Source: an uncultured delta proteobacterium
Lineage (GTDB): Bacteria; Myxococcota; Myxococcia; SLRQ01
Direction of reading: 5' to 3'
NCBI GenBank assembly: GCA_963727485.1
Contig: CAVSGM010000002.1
Location: 1,728,001-1,792,000, forward strand
DNA: 64,000 bases
The translations under genes were made by a program, and so were the position numbers. The notes below the pieces were generated by a model. The model was given only the letters and a program-made list of their open reading frames with translations, did not search any database and was not told where the DNA came from. Below are positions 9,326 to 19,108 of this stretch, in pieces. Positions within the stretch are counted from its first letter, which is position 1. Each line of letters starts with the position of its first letter.

Positions 9326-9934
9326 TCAGCGCCGCTCCACCTCGGGCCACCACCCCTCGAGGGCGGCGCGGACGAAGGGCAGCCGGTCCTGGCCCCAGAA
9401 CAGGCGTCCGTCGACCTCGAAGGTGGGGGCGCCGCAGACCCCGAGGCGCACCGCCTCGTCGGTGGCGTCCTTGAGGGCGGCCTTGGTCTCGGGGTCCTTG
9501 ATGCGCTCGAGGAGGTGGGCGTCGAGGCCGAGCTCGTCGACGACCGCCTTGAGCACCGCCGGGTCCGCCGGGTCCCGGTCCTCGACCCAGCACACCTCGA
9601 AGAGCCGGTCCACCACCAGGGGGGTGGCGTCGCCGGCGAGGAAGGTGAGGCGCAGGGCGGGGATGGTGTTGAGGGGGAAGCGCCGGGGCCAGTGAAAGGG
9701 CACGCCCAGGCGGTCGGCCCAGCGCCGCAGGTCCGCCGCGTAGTAGCGGCGCTTGGCCTCGGGGTAGGTGGCGAGGGGCACCATCGGGGTGCCGATGGAC
9801 TTGAACAGGCCCCCGAGGAAGAACGGCTGGTACTCGAGGAGGGCCTCGGTCTGGTGGGCGAGGTGCGCCACCTGGGTGGCGGCGAGGTAGGTGAAGGGGC
9901 TCGAGTAGTCGAACCAGAAGCCGAGCCGTCTCAC
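9326..9934 (-). CDS. 2-hydroxychromene-2-carboxylate isomerase / kappa-class GST (DsbA-fold) protein
   Basis: GTG 9934 overlaps the stop of the upstream paralogue; FDYSSPFTY, GVCGAPTF, FWGQDRL. Confidence 0.9.
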   Translation of the reverse strand: MRRLGFWFDYSSPFTYLAATQVAHLAHQTEALLEYQPFFLGGLFKSIGTPMVPLATYPEAKRRYYAADLRRWADRLGVPFHWPRRFPLNTIPALRLTFLAGDATPLVVDRLFEVCWVEDRDPADPAVLKAVVDELGLDAHLLERIKDPETKAALKDATDEAVRLGVCGAPTFEVDGRLFWGQDRLPFVRAALEGWWPEVERR

Positions 9935-10530
9935 GCCGCACCCACCTTCCACCCGTGGAGGGCGCGCTCGACCAGCCCCAGGCGATCGACCCCCCAGTAG
10001 ACCTCGCCGTCGACCACGAAGCTCGGGGCCCCGAAGACCCCGGCGGCGACGGCGGCGTCGGTGCTCCTGCGCAGGGCGTCCTTGATCTCCTGGGTCCCGG
10101 CGCGCGCCACCACCGCCGCGCCGTCGAGGCCCGCGCCGTCGAGGGCCCCGGTCACGGCGGCGGGATCGGCGACGTCCACGCCGTCGACCCAGTAGGCGCG
10201 GAAGAGGGCCTCGGTGGCCGGCACCAGCTGACCGCCGGCGGCGAGGAGGGCGCGCATCGCCAGCACCGTGCGCCGGGGATGGGCCGCCTCGGGGTGGTTC
10301 AAGGGCACGCCGAGCCAGGCGGCCAACCGGGCGAGGTCGAGGCGGTTCATCTTGGCCCGGGCCTCGGCCTGGGGCGGCTGGTCGGGGGCGCCGATGGCCC
10401 GGTACACCCCGCCGAGGAGCATCGGCCGGTAGTGCAGGGTCGCCTCGGCGCGCGCCGCCACCCGGGCCACCTGGGTGCTGGCCAGGTAGGCATAGGGGCA
10501 CACGACGTCGTAGTAGAACGTGAGGTCCAT
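9931..10530 (-). CDS. 2-hydroxychromene-2-carboxylate isomerase / kappa-class GST (DsbA-fold) protein
   Basis: YDVVCPYAY, GVFGAPSF, YWGVDRL. Confidence 0.9.
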   Translation of the reverse strand: MDLTFYYDVVCPYAYLASTQVARVAARAEATLHYRPMLLGGVYRAIGAPDQPPQAEARAKMNRLDLARLAAWLGVPLNHPEAAHPRRTVLAMRALLAAGGQLVPATEALFRAYWVDGVDVADPAAVTGALDGAGLDGAAVVARAGTQEIKDALRRSTDAAVAAGVFGAPSFVVDGEVYWGVDRLGLVERALHGWKVGAA

Positions 10531-10533
10531 GGG

Positions 10534-10971
10534 TCACCGACGGTTGAAGGGACCGGCGGGCAGGTGGGCGTGGCACCACTGGCCCACGCCGTCCAGGGGC
10601 CCGAGGGAGGTCTCCTGGTAGACGGGCTTGCCCGAGGCCAGGGCCACCTCCTGGGCCCGGGTCAAGGGCGCCGGGTCGTCGACGAGGGTCTTGCCGTCGT
10701 TGAGCCACCCGAAGGCGAAGGTGGTGGCGGCGGTGAGGCCCACCAGCAGGGGGAGCTGGAGCTTCAGCAGGCCCTTGGCCCGGCCGAGGCGGCCCTCGGT
10801 CTCGAGGTAGACACCCACGGGCCAGAGGATCGGCATCGCCCACGAGAGGCGCAAGAGCCCGTCGGCGATGCCCTGGGGATCGGCGGCGCGGGAGTGGAGG
10901 TAGAGGACGGGGCCGAGGAGCGCGGAGCCGACGATGCCGAGGCTCGCCAGGAGGTTGCCCACCATCCGCAT
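10534..10971 (-). CDS. Hypothetical membrane protein (3 TM)
   Basis: Three hydrophobic segments; tightly packed between the sirB1-like and HCCA genes. Confidence 0.6.
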   Translation of the reverse strand: MRMVGNLLASLGIVGSALLGPVLYLHSRAADPQGIADGLLRLSWAMPILWPVGVYLETEGRLGRAKGLLKLQLPLLVGLTAATTFAFGWLNDGKTLVDDPAPLTRAQEVALASGKPVYQETSLGPLDGVGQWCHAHLPAGPFNRR

Positions 10972-11840
10972 CAGTTCAGGGGCCTGGGGCGCAGGCGCAG
11001 GCTGCGCAGGAGCTTCTCGGCGCGCTCGGCCTCGGGGCCCCTGGGCTCGAGCTCCAGGGCCCGCTCCAGGTCGTGGGTGGCGGCGGTGCCGGCGCCGAGG
11101 CTGGCGTGGAGCCGGCCGCGCTCCCGGAGCACCGCCGGGTCGTCGGGGTCGAGGAGCACCAGGCGGTCCTGGGCCCGGAGCGCCCGGGGCTCGTCCTCGA
11201 TCAGCAGGTACATCTGCCGGAGGTTCGCCAGGAGCCGGGCGAGGATCGCCCGGGGCCCGGTGGGGCGCAGCAGCGCCGGGTGGAAGGGCATCCGGCCCGA
11301 GGTCATCTCCCCGAGGAGGGTGACGCAGGCGTCCCGGTCGAGGAAGCGGCCCTGGTGGAAGGGATCGAGGATGAGGAAGCCGTCGTCGACCTCGCAGCGC
11401 ACCAGGAAGTGCCCGGGGAAGGCGACCCCCGAGGCCTCGACCTCGCAGCGCCGGGCCACCTCCACGTAGACGATGGCGAGGGTGAGCGGCAGGCCCTGGC
11501 GCCGGTCGAGGACCCGGGGGAGCAGGGCGTTGTCGAGGCGGTAGTAGTCGGCGTCGTCGCCCCGGAACCCGGCCTCGAGGAAGAGGACCTGGTGGAGGGC
11601 GACCAGGCGGTCGGGGACCGGGGTGCCGCTGGCGAGGTGGTCCTGCACCCGGCTGGCGAGGCGGTCGATCTCCTGGAGGTGGGGGGCCGGGTCGAGGGGA
11701 CGCTCCTCGAGGTCCTCGGCGGCGATGAGCAGGGCCCCGGTGACCAGGTCGATGGCCTCGTCGGGACCCGCGGCGAGTCGGGCGAAGGCGGCGCGGGTGG
11801 CGCTCGCCCGGGAGAGGTCGACGATCTGCGGCCCGGCCAT
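10971..11840 (-). CDS. SirB1/YchA-family transglutaminase-like protein with TPR C-terminus
   Basis: GFRGD..DYY, VLDRRQGLPLTLAIVY, GVAFPGHFLV, LDPF, ILARLLANL, RERG...HDLERALELEP. Confidence 0.88.
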   Translation of the reverse strand: MAGPQIVDLSRASATRAAFARLAAGPDEAIDLVTGALLIAAEDLEERPLDPAPHLQEIDRLASRVQDHLASGTPVPDRLVALHQVLFLEAGFRGDDADYYRLDNALLPRVLDRRQGLPLTLAIVYVEVARRCEVEASGVAFPGHFLVRCEVDDGFLILDPFHQGRFLDRDACVTLLGEMTSGRMPFHPALLRPTGPRAILARLLANLRQMYLLIEDEPRALRAQDRLVLLDPDDPAVLRERGRLHASLGAGTAATHDLERALELEPRGPEAERAEKLLRSLRLRPRPLN

Positions 11841-11936
11841 GGACACGATCCTAGACCACCGGCCGCCGGGGTGCACCCGCCGCAGGGCGGGATCCCCCCT
11901 CTTGTGTCGCGGCCGGTGCCGCCTAACGTCGACAAG

Positions 11937-12338
11937 GTGGCTCCTCGGCAGCTATCGGCGGAGATCGCCTTCTTCCTCGACCGCGCCTGCGACGGTCCGC
12001 CGCCCCTCGGCGGTCTCCTCGCCGGGCGGCTGGTGCGCCTCGCCGACGCGGTGGAGGATCAGCAGGCCGAGCTCCGCCAGGCGGGGGCCCTCTCGGAGCT
12101 CGCCTGGCAGGCGCCCCAGCTCATCCACGCCCACAACCGGGTGAAGCGGCGGCACGCCGACGTGGTCCGCCAGCTCCGGTGGCTCGCCGAGACCCTCGAG
12201 GACCGCTGCGCCGGCCACGCGCCGACCCGGGTGCTCGGGCTCCTGCGCCGGGCCCTCGACGACCTCGACGCGGCCAGCGAGGCGGAGACCCGGCTGGTCC
12301 TCGAGGCCTGGTGGCAGGAGACCGGGGCCGTCGATTAG
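11937..12338 (+). CDS. Hypothetical all-helical protein, degenerate hemerythrin-like (alternative start 11916)
   Basis: GC3-biased 3' part of ORF 11073..12338; amphipathic helices; C-terminus E..L..EAW..ETG..D. Confidence 0.55.
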   Translation: MAPRQLSAEIAFFLDRACDGPPPLGGLLAGRLVRLADAVEDQQAELRQAGALSELAWQAPQLIHAHNRVKRRHADVVRQLRWLAETLEDRCAGHAPTRVLGLLRRALDDLDAASEAETRLVLEAWWQETGAVD

Positions 12339-12520
12339 GTACCCACACCCGGTTGATAGGGAAATTCCCGGTGTGTGACACGCAAAGCCTGCGTGAACAC
12401 CCGAGGAACGCGGGGATGGTGAAAAACCCCGTGGCCACGCGGCGCCGAATCGGTCTACCAATGAAGGTGGACCTGGTTCGTTGAGCGGCGGAAGGTCGCC
12501 CCGACCTGGCGGGAGGCTGG

Positions 12521-15077
12521 GTGGAAGAGCGCTTCGGGAAGTACCTCATCGAGAAACGGCTCGGGATCGGCGGCATGGCGGAGGTCTTCCGCGGTCGCCT
12601 CAAGGGCCTCGGCGGCTTCGACAAGCACGTCGTGGTCAAGCGCATCCTCCCCGAGCACCTCGATGACCCGGCGTTCGTCGAGATGTTCCTCGACGAGGCG
12701 CGGATCGCGGCGAACCTCTCGCACCCGAACATCATCCAGGTGTTCGAGATCGACGAGGTCGACGGGATCCCCTACATCGCCATGGAGTACGTGCGGGGGC
12801 CGACCCTCTCGCAGGTGCTCCGGGAGGCGCGGCGCCAGGGCAAGAGCCACCTGGGCCACCCGGCGCGGATCCTCTCGGCGGTCTGCGACGGCCTCCACTA
12901 CGCCCACAACGCCAAGGACCCCTCGGGGCGGCGGCTGGTCATCGTCCACCGGGACGTGACCCCCCAGAACATCCTCATCTCCCTCGAGGGCGTGCCCAAG
13001 ATCGTCGACTTCGGCGTCGCCAAGGCGAGGGGGCGCCTGGCCACCACCCAGGCGGGCATCCTCAAGGGCAAGCTGCGCTACATGCCCCCCGAGCAGCTCC
13101 AGTCGGGCCGGGAGCTCGACCACCGGGCCGACGTCTTCGCCGCCGGGGTGTGCCTCTACCGGGCCACCACCGGCCGCTTCCCCTTCGACGGGGCCAGCGA
13201 GCCCGAGGTGATGCACGCGGTCCTCGAGCGCCCCTGCCCGAGGCCCACCGAGGTGGTCCCCGGCTACCCCGAGGAGCTCGAGCGGGTGGTGCTCTGGGCC
13301 CTGGAGAAGGACCCCGAGGCCCGCTGCCCCACCGCCCGGGACCTCCACGAGGCCATCGAGGGCTTCCTCGCCAGCGGCGGCTACCCCCGGGGCACCCAGG
13401 CCGTCGCCGGGTGGCTCGGCGAGCTCTTCCCCGACTACGTCGAGCGGTCCTACTCGGGGACCTACGGCGTCCCCGGCACCCCGGTCTCGGGCTCCGGGTC
13501 GAGCGGCCTCGGCGGCCGGGGCGCCGGCGCCCAGGACCGACCCGGCACCCAGCTGGCGCCGCCACCGGCCCCCCTCGAGGCGGGCTTCGACATCGACGTC
13601 GAGCCCCCCGGGCTCGGCGCCCAGCGGCGTGGGGCCCTACGGCTCCCAGCCCAGCGGGGTGGGCGCCTTCGGTTCGGGGCCCAGCGGCGTGGGCGCCTTC
13701 GGCTCCGGGCCCAGCCAGGTGACCTCGGCCGGGACCTCCACGGCCTTCAAGGTGGCGGTGTCCCTGGGGGCGGTGGCCCTCCTGGTCGCGGTGGGCGTCA
13801 TCGGCTACCTCCTCGCCCGGCAGCCCGGCGCCCCGGCGCCGGCACCGGTGGTCGCGGCGCCGGCCAGGCCCGCCGGCCCCGACGCCAACGGCAACGCCAC
13901 CGCCTACCTCGACGAGGCGGAGCGCCTGGCCAAGGGCCATCGGTTCAAGAGCGCCCTGGCGCTCCTGGCCCAGGCCCGGCAGGCCAAGGCCACCGACGCC
14001 CAGGTGAACATCCGCCTCGCCCACCTCGAGGATCGGGTGGAGACCGACGCGGCCCTGGCCAGCGCCGAGCGCTACCTCTCCGCCGGGGACACCCAGGCCG
14101 CCATCGCCGCCGCCAAGGACGCCCTGGACCGCGACCCCGACGACGCCCGGGCCCTGGCCCTGCTGAAGAAGGCGAGCGCCGCCCGGGCCGGGGCCGCCGG
14201 GACGCCGGCGCTCCACGCCCGCAAGCCGGGGCGGCTCACCGTGACCTCGTCCCCCGAGGGGGCCATGGTCTACGTCGACGACGTCCCCGTGGGCCACACC
14301 CCCCTCCACGGCCACGGCGTCGATCCCGGGCGGCACGCCCTGGAGATCCGGCTGCGCGGCTACCGGACCGAGACCCGCCACCTCCGGGTGCGGGCCGGGC
14401 GCCGGACCTCGCTGCGGGTCCACCTGGCCGAGGGGGTGAAGCATCATCTCGCCGCCTCCGAGGTGGCCGAGGCCAGCCAGCCCGCGGCGCCCTCGCCCGC
14501 GGCCCCCGCCGACCCGGCGTCGCCGTCCAAGACGCCCTCGAAGGGTGCCGGGGCGGCCCTGGCGGGGGCGTCCCCGGCGTCGGGGTCCACCGCCAAGACC
14601 GTGGCCGCCCACGCGAGCCCCCCGGCCCCCAAGGCCGCGCCCCCGAAGGCCGCGCCCCCGAAGGCCGCGCCCCCGCCGCCCGCCGCGCCGGCGGTGAAGG
14701 TGGCCGCGGCGACGCCGGCCCCGTCCCCCGCGCCCGCCGGGCCGACCCCGGCCCACCCCCTGGCCCCGCGGCTCCCGAGCCTCTTCCACGCCCGGAGCAT
14801 GCAGGACCTCGCCCGGGCGGTGGGCGCGGTGGAGAGCGAGGCGGTGAAGCGCGCCGGGGTCCCCGGCCCGGTGGCCCGGAAGGTCGGGGGCCCCCTGCTC
14901 CATGCCCTGGTCCGCAGCTACTCACCGGGGACCACCACCGTCCTCTATCCCAAGGCCATGTACTACCTCGTCGTCCACGAGCTGGCCCGGGGGACCGACG
15001 TGGCCACCATCGGCGAGGACCTCAAGCGCCACCACTTCAGCGGCGCGTTCCAGGCCCACCCCGACCCGGCGCGGTGA
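12521..15077 (+). CDS. Transmembrane Hanks-type Ser/Thr protein kinase with TPR-like and PEGA domains (frameshift at about 13605-13611)
   Basis: GIGGMAEV, VVVKRI, HRDVTPQN, DFG, YMPPEQ in frame 12521. Continues in frame 13629..15077 with a TM helix and PEGA pattern (LTVTSSPEGAMVYVDDVPVGHTPL...PGRH...GY). The break is in a C6G3 run. Confidence 0.88.
13611..13715 (+). repeat. 30-bp tandem coding repeat (3.5 copies; GS.PSGVG.F/Y)
   Basis: Units start at 13611, 13641, 13671 and 13701 (gg.tc....cccagcgg.gtggg..cct.c). Confidence 0.85.
14631..14675 (+). repeat. 15-bp tandem coding repeat x3 (KAAPP)
   Basis: aaggccgcgcccccg, three exact copies. Confidence 0.9.
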
Positions 15078-15118
15078 CCGGCGCCACCCTTCCCTGAACC
15101 CGCACCTCGGAGGTCCTC

Positions 15119-16499
15119 GTGAAGCGCGTCTCCCGCGTCGTCCCCACCCTCGCGGCCGCGGTGTCCCTGCTCGCCGGCCCGGCGGTCGCCAGCGCCCAGG
15201 GCACCGGGACCGCCGGCCACCGCCGACAGCCAGACCACCGCGGACAAGCAGGCGAAGGGCGACACCGCTTCGGCGACGACGGGCGGCGCCACGACGGGCG
15301 GCGCCAAGGCGGCCCCGGGTGCCTCGAAGACGGCCGCCCCCGCGGCGGCGACGGCGACCGGGACCGCCGCGCCGCCGGCCGCCCCCGCCCCCGAGGAGAA
15401 CGTCCTCAGCGAGACCCCACCCTCGGGCGCCCCGGCCCCGGGCACCGCCAAGACCGCGACCGACACCCACAAGGGCGACGACACCAGCACCTTCGGCGCC
15501 GAGCTCCTGTCCCTGATGGGGGTGTCCGCCTCCTGGCACGGCTATGGCGACGTCCGCTTCCGCCTCAACCCCAGCGGCGACAAGGTCGGCGAGGAGTCGG
15601 TCTCCGACTTCGAGGCCTCGGCCAACCCCATCCTCACCGCCCGGATGGGCCAGTCCTTCAGCGCCGAGACCGAGTTCGAGCTGGCCACCGACACCGGGAT
15701 CGCCGCCGAGTACTACATCGTCGACTACACCGTGGCCCAGGCCTTCACCCTCCGGGCCGGGAAGTTCATCGCCCCCATCGGCCGGTACAACGAGGTGCTC
15801 CACCCGACCTTCCGGTGGGACATGATCAGCAAGCCGCTGATGTTCGAGGAGGTCATCCCCACCACCTGGACCCCGGTGGGGATCCAGGTCCGCGGGACGG
15901 TGACCCCGGCGGTGGGCACGGCCCTCCAGTACGCCGCCTACGTGTGCAACGGCTTCTCGGGCACCCAGGACTTCCGTAAGGCCCCGGCCATCCTCGACGC
16001 CATCCACGACGTCCTCCAGGACTCCAACAACGACAAGGCCGTCGGCGCCCGGGTGGGCTTCGCCTTCCTCCGCGGTCAGGACGTGGGCGACACCGAGATC
16101 GGGCTCTCGGGCTACACCGGGGCGGTGGATCCGGCGGCGGCCCAGCGCCTCACCCTCGTCGACCTCGACGTGCGGGTGAGGCTGGGCAAGGGGCTCATCC
16201 GCGCCGAGGTGGCCCAGAGCTTCCTCGGCCCCGACCGGAGCTTCGCCACCCCCTTCGAGCGCGGGGCCTACCTCGAGGCCGCGATGAACGTGGGCGAGGT
16301 GGACCTGGCGGTGCGCTACGACTACGCCGCCACCCGGCCCATGGACGGGGATCTGGTGACCGAGCAGCGCCTCGCCGCCTCGATCAAGTACGCGCCCTCG
16401 ACCTTCTGGAGCCTGCGCCTCGAGGCGGACGAGCCCATCGCCGACGCCGGGGGGAACACCATCCCCGACCTGCTCGCCTCCATCGCCTTCTCGTTCTAG
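15119..16499 (+). CDS. Outer-membrane beta-barrel, porin-like (frameshift at about 15210)
   Basis: GGAGG then GTG 15119 with signal peptide (..PAVASA). Continues in the frame of ORF 15516..16499 through an Ala/Thr-rich linker; RAGKFIAPIG, DSNNDK.VGAR, C-terminal aromatic ..IAFSF. Confidence 0.75.
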
Positions 16500-16532
16500 C
16501 CCGCGTTCGCCTCGGGCGTGCGGGCGACCCGG

Positions 16533-17267
16533 CTAGCGCCGATCGCCGCCGCCGACGAACTGCAGGATGAAGAGGAAGAGGTTGATGAAGTCGAGGTAGA
16601 GGATGAGCGCGCCGAAGATGGCGAGCTTGCTCTCCGGGAGGGCGCCGGCCGCCGACATCCGCCGGAGCTTCTGCACGTCGTAGGCGGTGAGGAGGGTGAA
16701 GATCAGCACCCCGGCGGCGTCCGCCACGAACGCGAGCATGGCGCTGTGCAGGAAGATGTTGACGACCATGGCAATGATGAGCCCGAACAGGCCCATCATG
16801 GCGAAGTGGCCCATGCTGGTGAGGTCGCGCCTGGTGACCGTGCCCCACACCGCCATGGCCCCGAAGGTGCCGCCGGTGACCAGGAAGGCGGTCCCGATGT
16901 CGGTGGAGGTGTAGCGGAGGAACACCGAGGCCAGGGTGGCGCCGGTGACCGCCGAGTAGAGGATGAACAGGGCGGTGGCGGTGCCGGCGCTTATCTTCTT
17001 GATGCCCCAGCCGATGCCGAGCACCAGGCCGAACTCGGCGACGATCAGCACCAGGAAGAGCGGGGTGCCGAAGATGAGCTGGACCGCCGCCTTGGAGCGG
17101 GCCACCGACATGGCGACGACCCCGGTGATCGCCAGCCCGGCGGTCATCCACCAGTAGATCTCGCGCATGGCGCTGCCGACGTCGATCGCGGCGCGGCGCG
17201 CGGCGCCGGGCTGGCCGACGACGGGCTGGGCGAAGGGGTTGGGGCGGTTCTCGAAGTCGTAAGCCAT
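16533..17267 (-). CDS. Bax inhibitor-1/YccA family membrane protein
   Basis: ATG 17267; IYWWMTAGL, TRRDLT, LTAYDVQKL, GALILYLDFINLF. Confidence 0.93.
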   Translation of the reverse strand: MAYDFENRPNPFAQPVVGQPGAARRAAIDVGSAMREIYWWMTAGLAITGVVAMSVARSKAAVQLIFGTPLFLVLIVAEFGLVLGIGWGIKKISAGTATALFILYSAVTGATLASVFLRYTSTDIGTAFLVTGGTFGAMAVWGTVTRRDLTSMGHFAMMGLFGLIIAMVVNIFLHSAMLAFVADAAGVLIFTLLTAYDVQKLRRMSAAGALPESKLAIFGALILYLDFINLFLFILQFVGGGDRR

Positions 17268-17448
17268 GGTGCGCGTTTCCCTCGTTTCCGGGGCGGGGTC
17301 AAGGTGGCCAACCTCCCGGTGGCCTGGGGGATTCCGCGGGGCGGACGGGCCGGACGCCACGGGGTAGGTCCCTCGGGTACAACGTGTGTCCCATCTTGGC
17401 GCAGCGTGTCGCCCGTGGTAGCCATGGGAGCGGGGAGGAACCTTGCCG

Positions 17449-18063
17449 ATGGAGAACATCACACCGGCCGCCGGGGCGCTCACGCCCTTCTCCGGCCAGC
17501 GCTTCCTGGCCCGCAAGAAGGTCTTCAAGGTCTTCGGCGGCGCCTACTACCTCTTCGACGTCGACGGGGAGACCCTGCGCTTCTACGTCGACCAGAAGGC
17601 CTTCAAGCTCCGGGAGCAAATCACCGTCTACCGCGACGAGTCGATGCAGGCGCCGATGCTCGAGATCCGGGCGCGGAAGATCATCGACTTCTCGTCGGCC
17701 TACGACGTGACCACCCCCGAGGGTGAGCGGGTGGGGACGCTCCGGCGCAAGGGCCTCAAGAGCATGATCCAGGATGAGTGGGACATCCTGGGGCCGGGCG
17801 AGCAGCCCATCGGCCTGGTCAAGGAGGACTCGCTGCTCCTGGCGATGCTCCGGCGCTTCCTCTCCAACCTCATCCCCCAGCGCTACGACGTCACCGTCGG
17901 GGGGCAGGTGGTGGCCAGCTTCTCCCAGCGCTTCAACCCGTTCATCTTCAAGATGGACGTCGACTTCTCCCCCGACGGCGCCGGTCTCCTCGACCGCCGC
18001 CTGGGGATCGCCGCGGTGATCCTGCTGCTGGCCATCGAGGGCCGGCAGGGCGAGTACGATTGA
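17449..18063 (+). CDS. LURP-one/scramblase (Tubby C-like) family protein
   Basis: QKAFKLREQI, IIDFSSAYDV, LDRRLGIA pattern; GAGG RBS. Confidence 0.7.
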   Translation: MENITPAAGALTPFSGQRFLARKKVFKVFGGAYYLFDVDGETLRFYVDQKAFKLREQITVYRDESMQAPMLEIRARKIIDFSSAYDVTTPEGERVGTLRRKGLKSMIQDEWDILGPGEQPIGLVKEDSLLLAMLRRFLSNLIPQRYDVTVGGQVVASFSQRFNPFIFKMDVDFSPDGAGLLDRRLGIAAVILLLAIEGRQGEYD

Positions 18064-18119
18064 TCGCGCCGGGTGGCCGGTGATCGCGCGGGACCGCCGG
18101 CGGGCCTAGGATCGCGGTG

Positions 18120-18866
18120 ATGAAGGGCGAGGACACGCTGGTGGGCCGGGTGGCGCTGGTCACCGGGGCGAGCCGGGGCATCGGCCACTCGGTGGCGGCG
18201 AGGCTGGCGGCGGCGGGGATGCAGGTCGCCGTGGGCTACCACCGCTCCCACGATGCCGCCGAGGCCCTCTGCGCCCGGATCGTCGCCGACGGTGGCGAGG
18301 CGGTGGCCGTCGGCGGCGACGTCGCCGACCCCGAGGCCGCGGTGAGCCTGGTCGACGCCGCCGAGGACCGGCTCGGTCCCGTGGACGTCCTGGTCTCCAA
18401 CGCCGGCCGCGCCGAGCGCCGGACCCTCGAGGACCTCGACGTCGAGACCTGGGACCGGACGATGGCCGAGCACCTGCGCGCCGCCTTCGTCCTGGCGCAG
18501 CGGGTGGTCCCGGGGATGCGCGAGAGGGGCTTCGGCCGCATCGTCCTCATGGGCTCGGTGGCCGCCGACACCGGCGGGATCGTCGGCCCCCACTACACCG
18601 CGGCCAAGGCGGCCCTGGTGGGCCTGATGCACGCGCTGGCCGCCGACACCGCCGCCGACGGGATCACCGTGAACCTGGTGGCCCCGGCCCTGGTGGACAC
18701 CGCGGCCCTGCGCACCCTCGGCGACCGGGCGGCCCTGGCGGCGAGGCTCCCGGTGGGGCGCCTGGGGACCCCCGAGGAGGTCGCCGAGGTGGTGGCGACC
18801 CTCTGCGAGAGCGGCTTCGTGACCGGTCAGACGATCCACGTCGACGGCGGCCTGCGGTTCACGTGA
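18120..18866 (+). CDS. Short-chain dehydrogenase/reductase (FabG-like)
   Basis: TGASRGIG, SNAG, YTAAK, VTGQTIHVDGG (alternative GTG 18117). Confidence 0.93.
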   Translation: MKGEDTLVGRVALVTGASRGIGHSVAARLAAAGMQVAVGYHRSHDAAEALCARIVADGGEAVAVGGDVADPEAAVSLVDAAEDRLGPVDVLVSNAGRAERRTLEDLDVETWDRTMAEHLRAAFVLAQRVVPGMRERGFGRIVLMGSVAADTGGIVGPHYTAAKAALVGLMHALAADTAADGITVNLVAPALVDTAALRTLGDRAALAARLPVGRLGTPEEVAEVVATLCESGFVTGQTIHVDGGLRFT

Positions 18867-19108
18867 GGGTGGGCCTCGGGGCCGGCGCCGCCGTCGCGTT
18901 CCCAATCCTGCAGGCCACCCTTGGCCAGGCCCTCCTGGTCGCCGGCCTGGCCGTGGCCCTCCTCGCGGCCGCGACGTTTCTGGTTGCCGGAATCGTGATC
19001 CGGACCTGGCTCATCCGGGGGACGACCCAGGACCGTCGTCAGCTCACCCGGTTCGTCGAGGACGTGCTCCGGGCCCGCCCCGTCGAGGGGCTCCCCGGAC
19101 CCCTCTGA
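18863..19108 (+). CDS. Small hypothetical membrane protein
   Basis: GTGA overlap with the SDR gene; one long hydrophobic stretch. Confidence 0.45.
   Translation: MRVGLGAGAAVAFPILQATLGQALLVAGLAVALLAAATFLVAGIVIRTWLIRGTTQDRRQLTRFVEDVLRARPVEGLPGPL

Noticed and set aside
12376..12420. c-di-GMP-I riboswitch call
   Set aside because: Only ACGCAAAGCC matches; the P2 GNRA/receptor architecture is not recognisable. Kept only as a structured leader.
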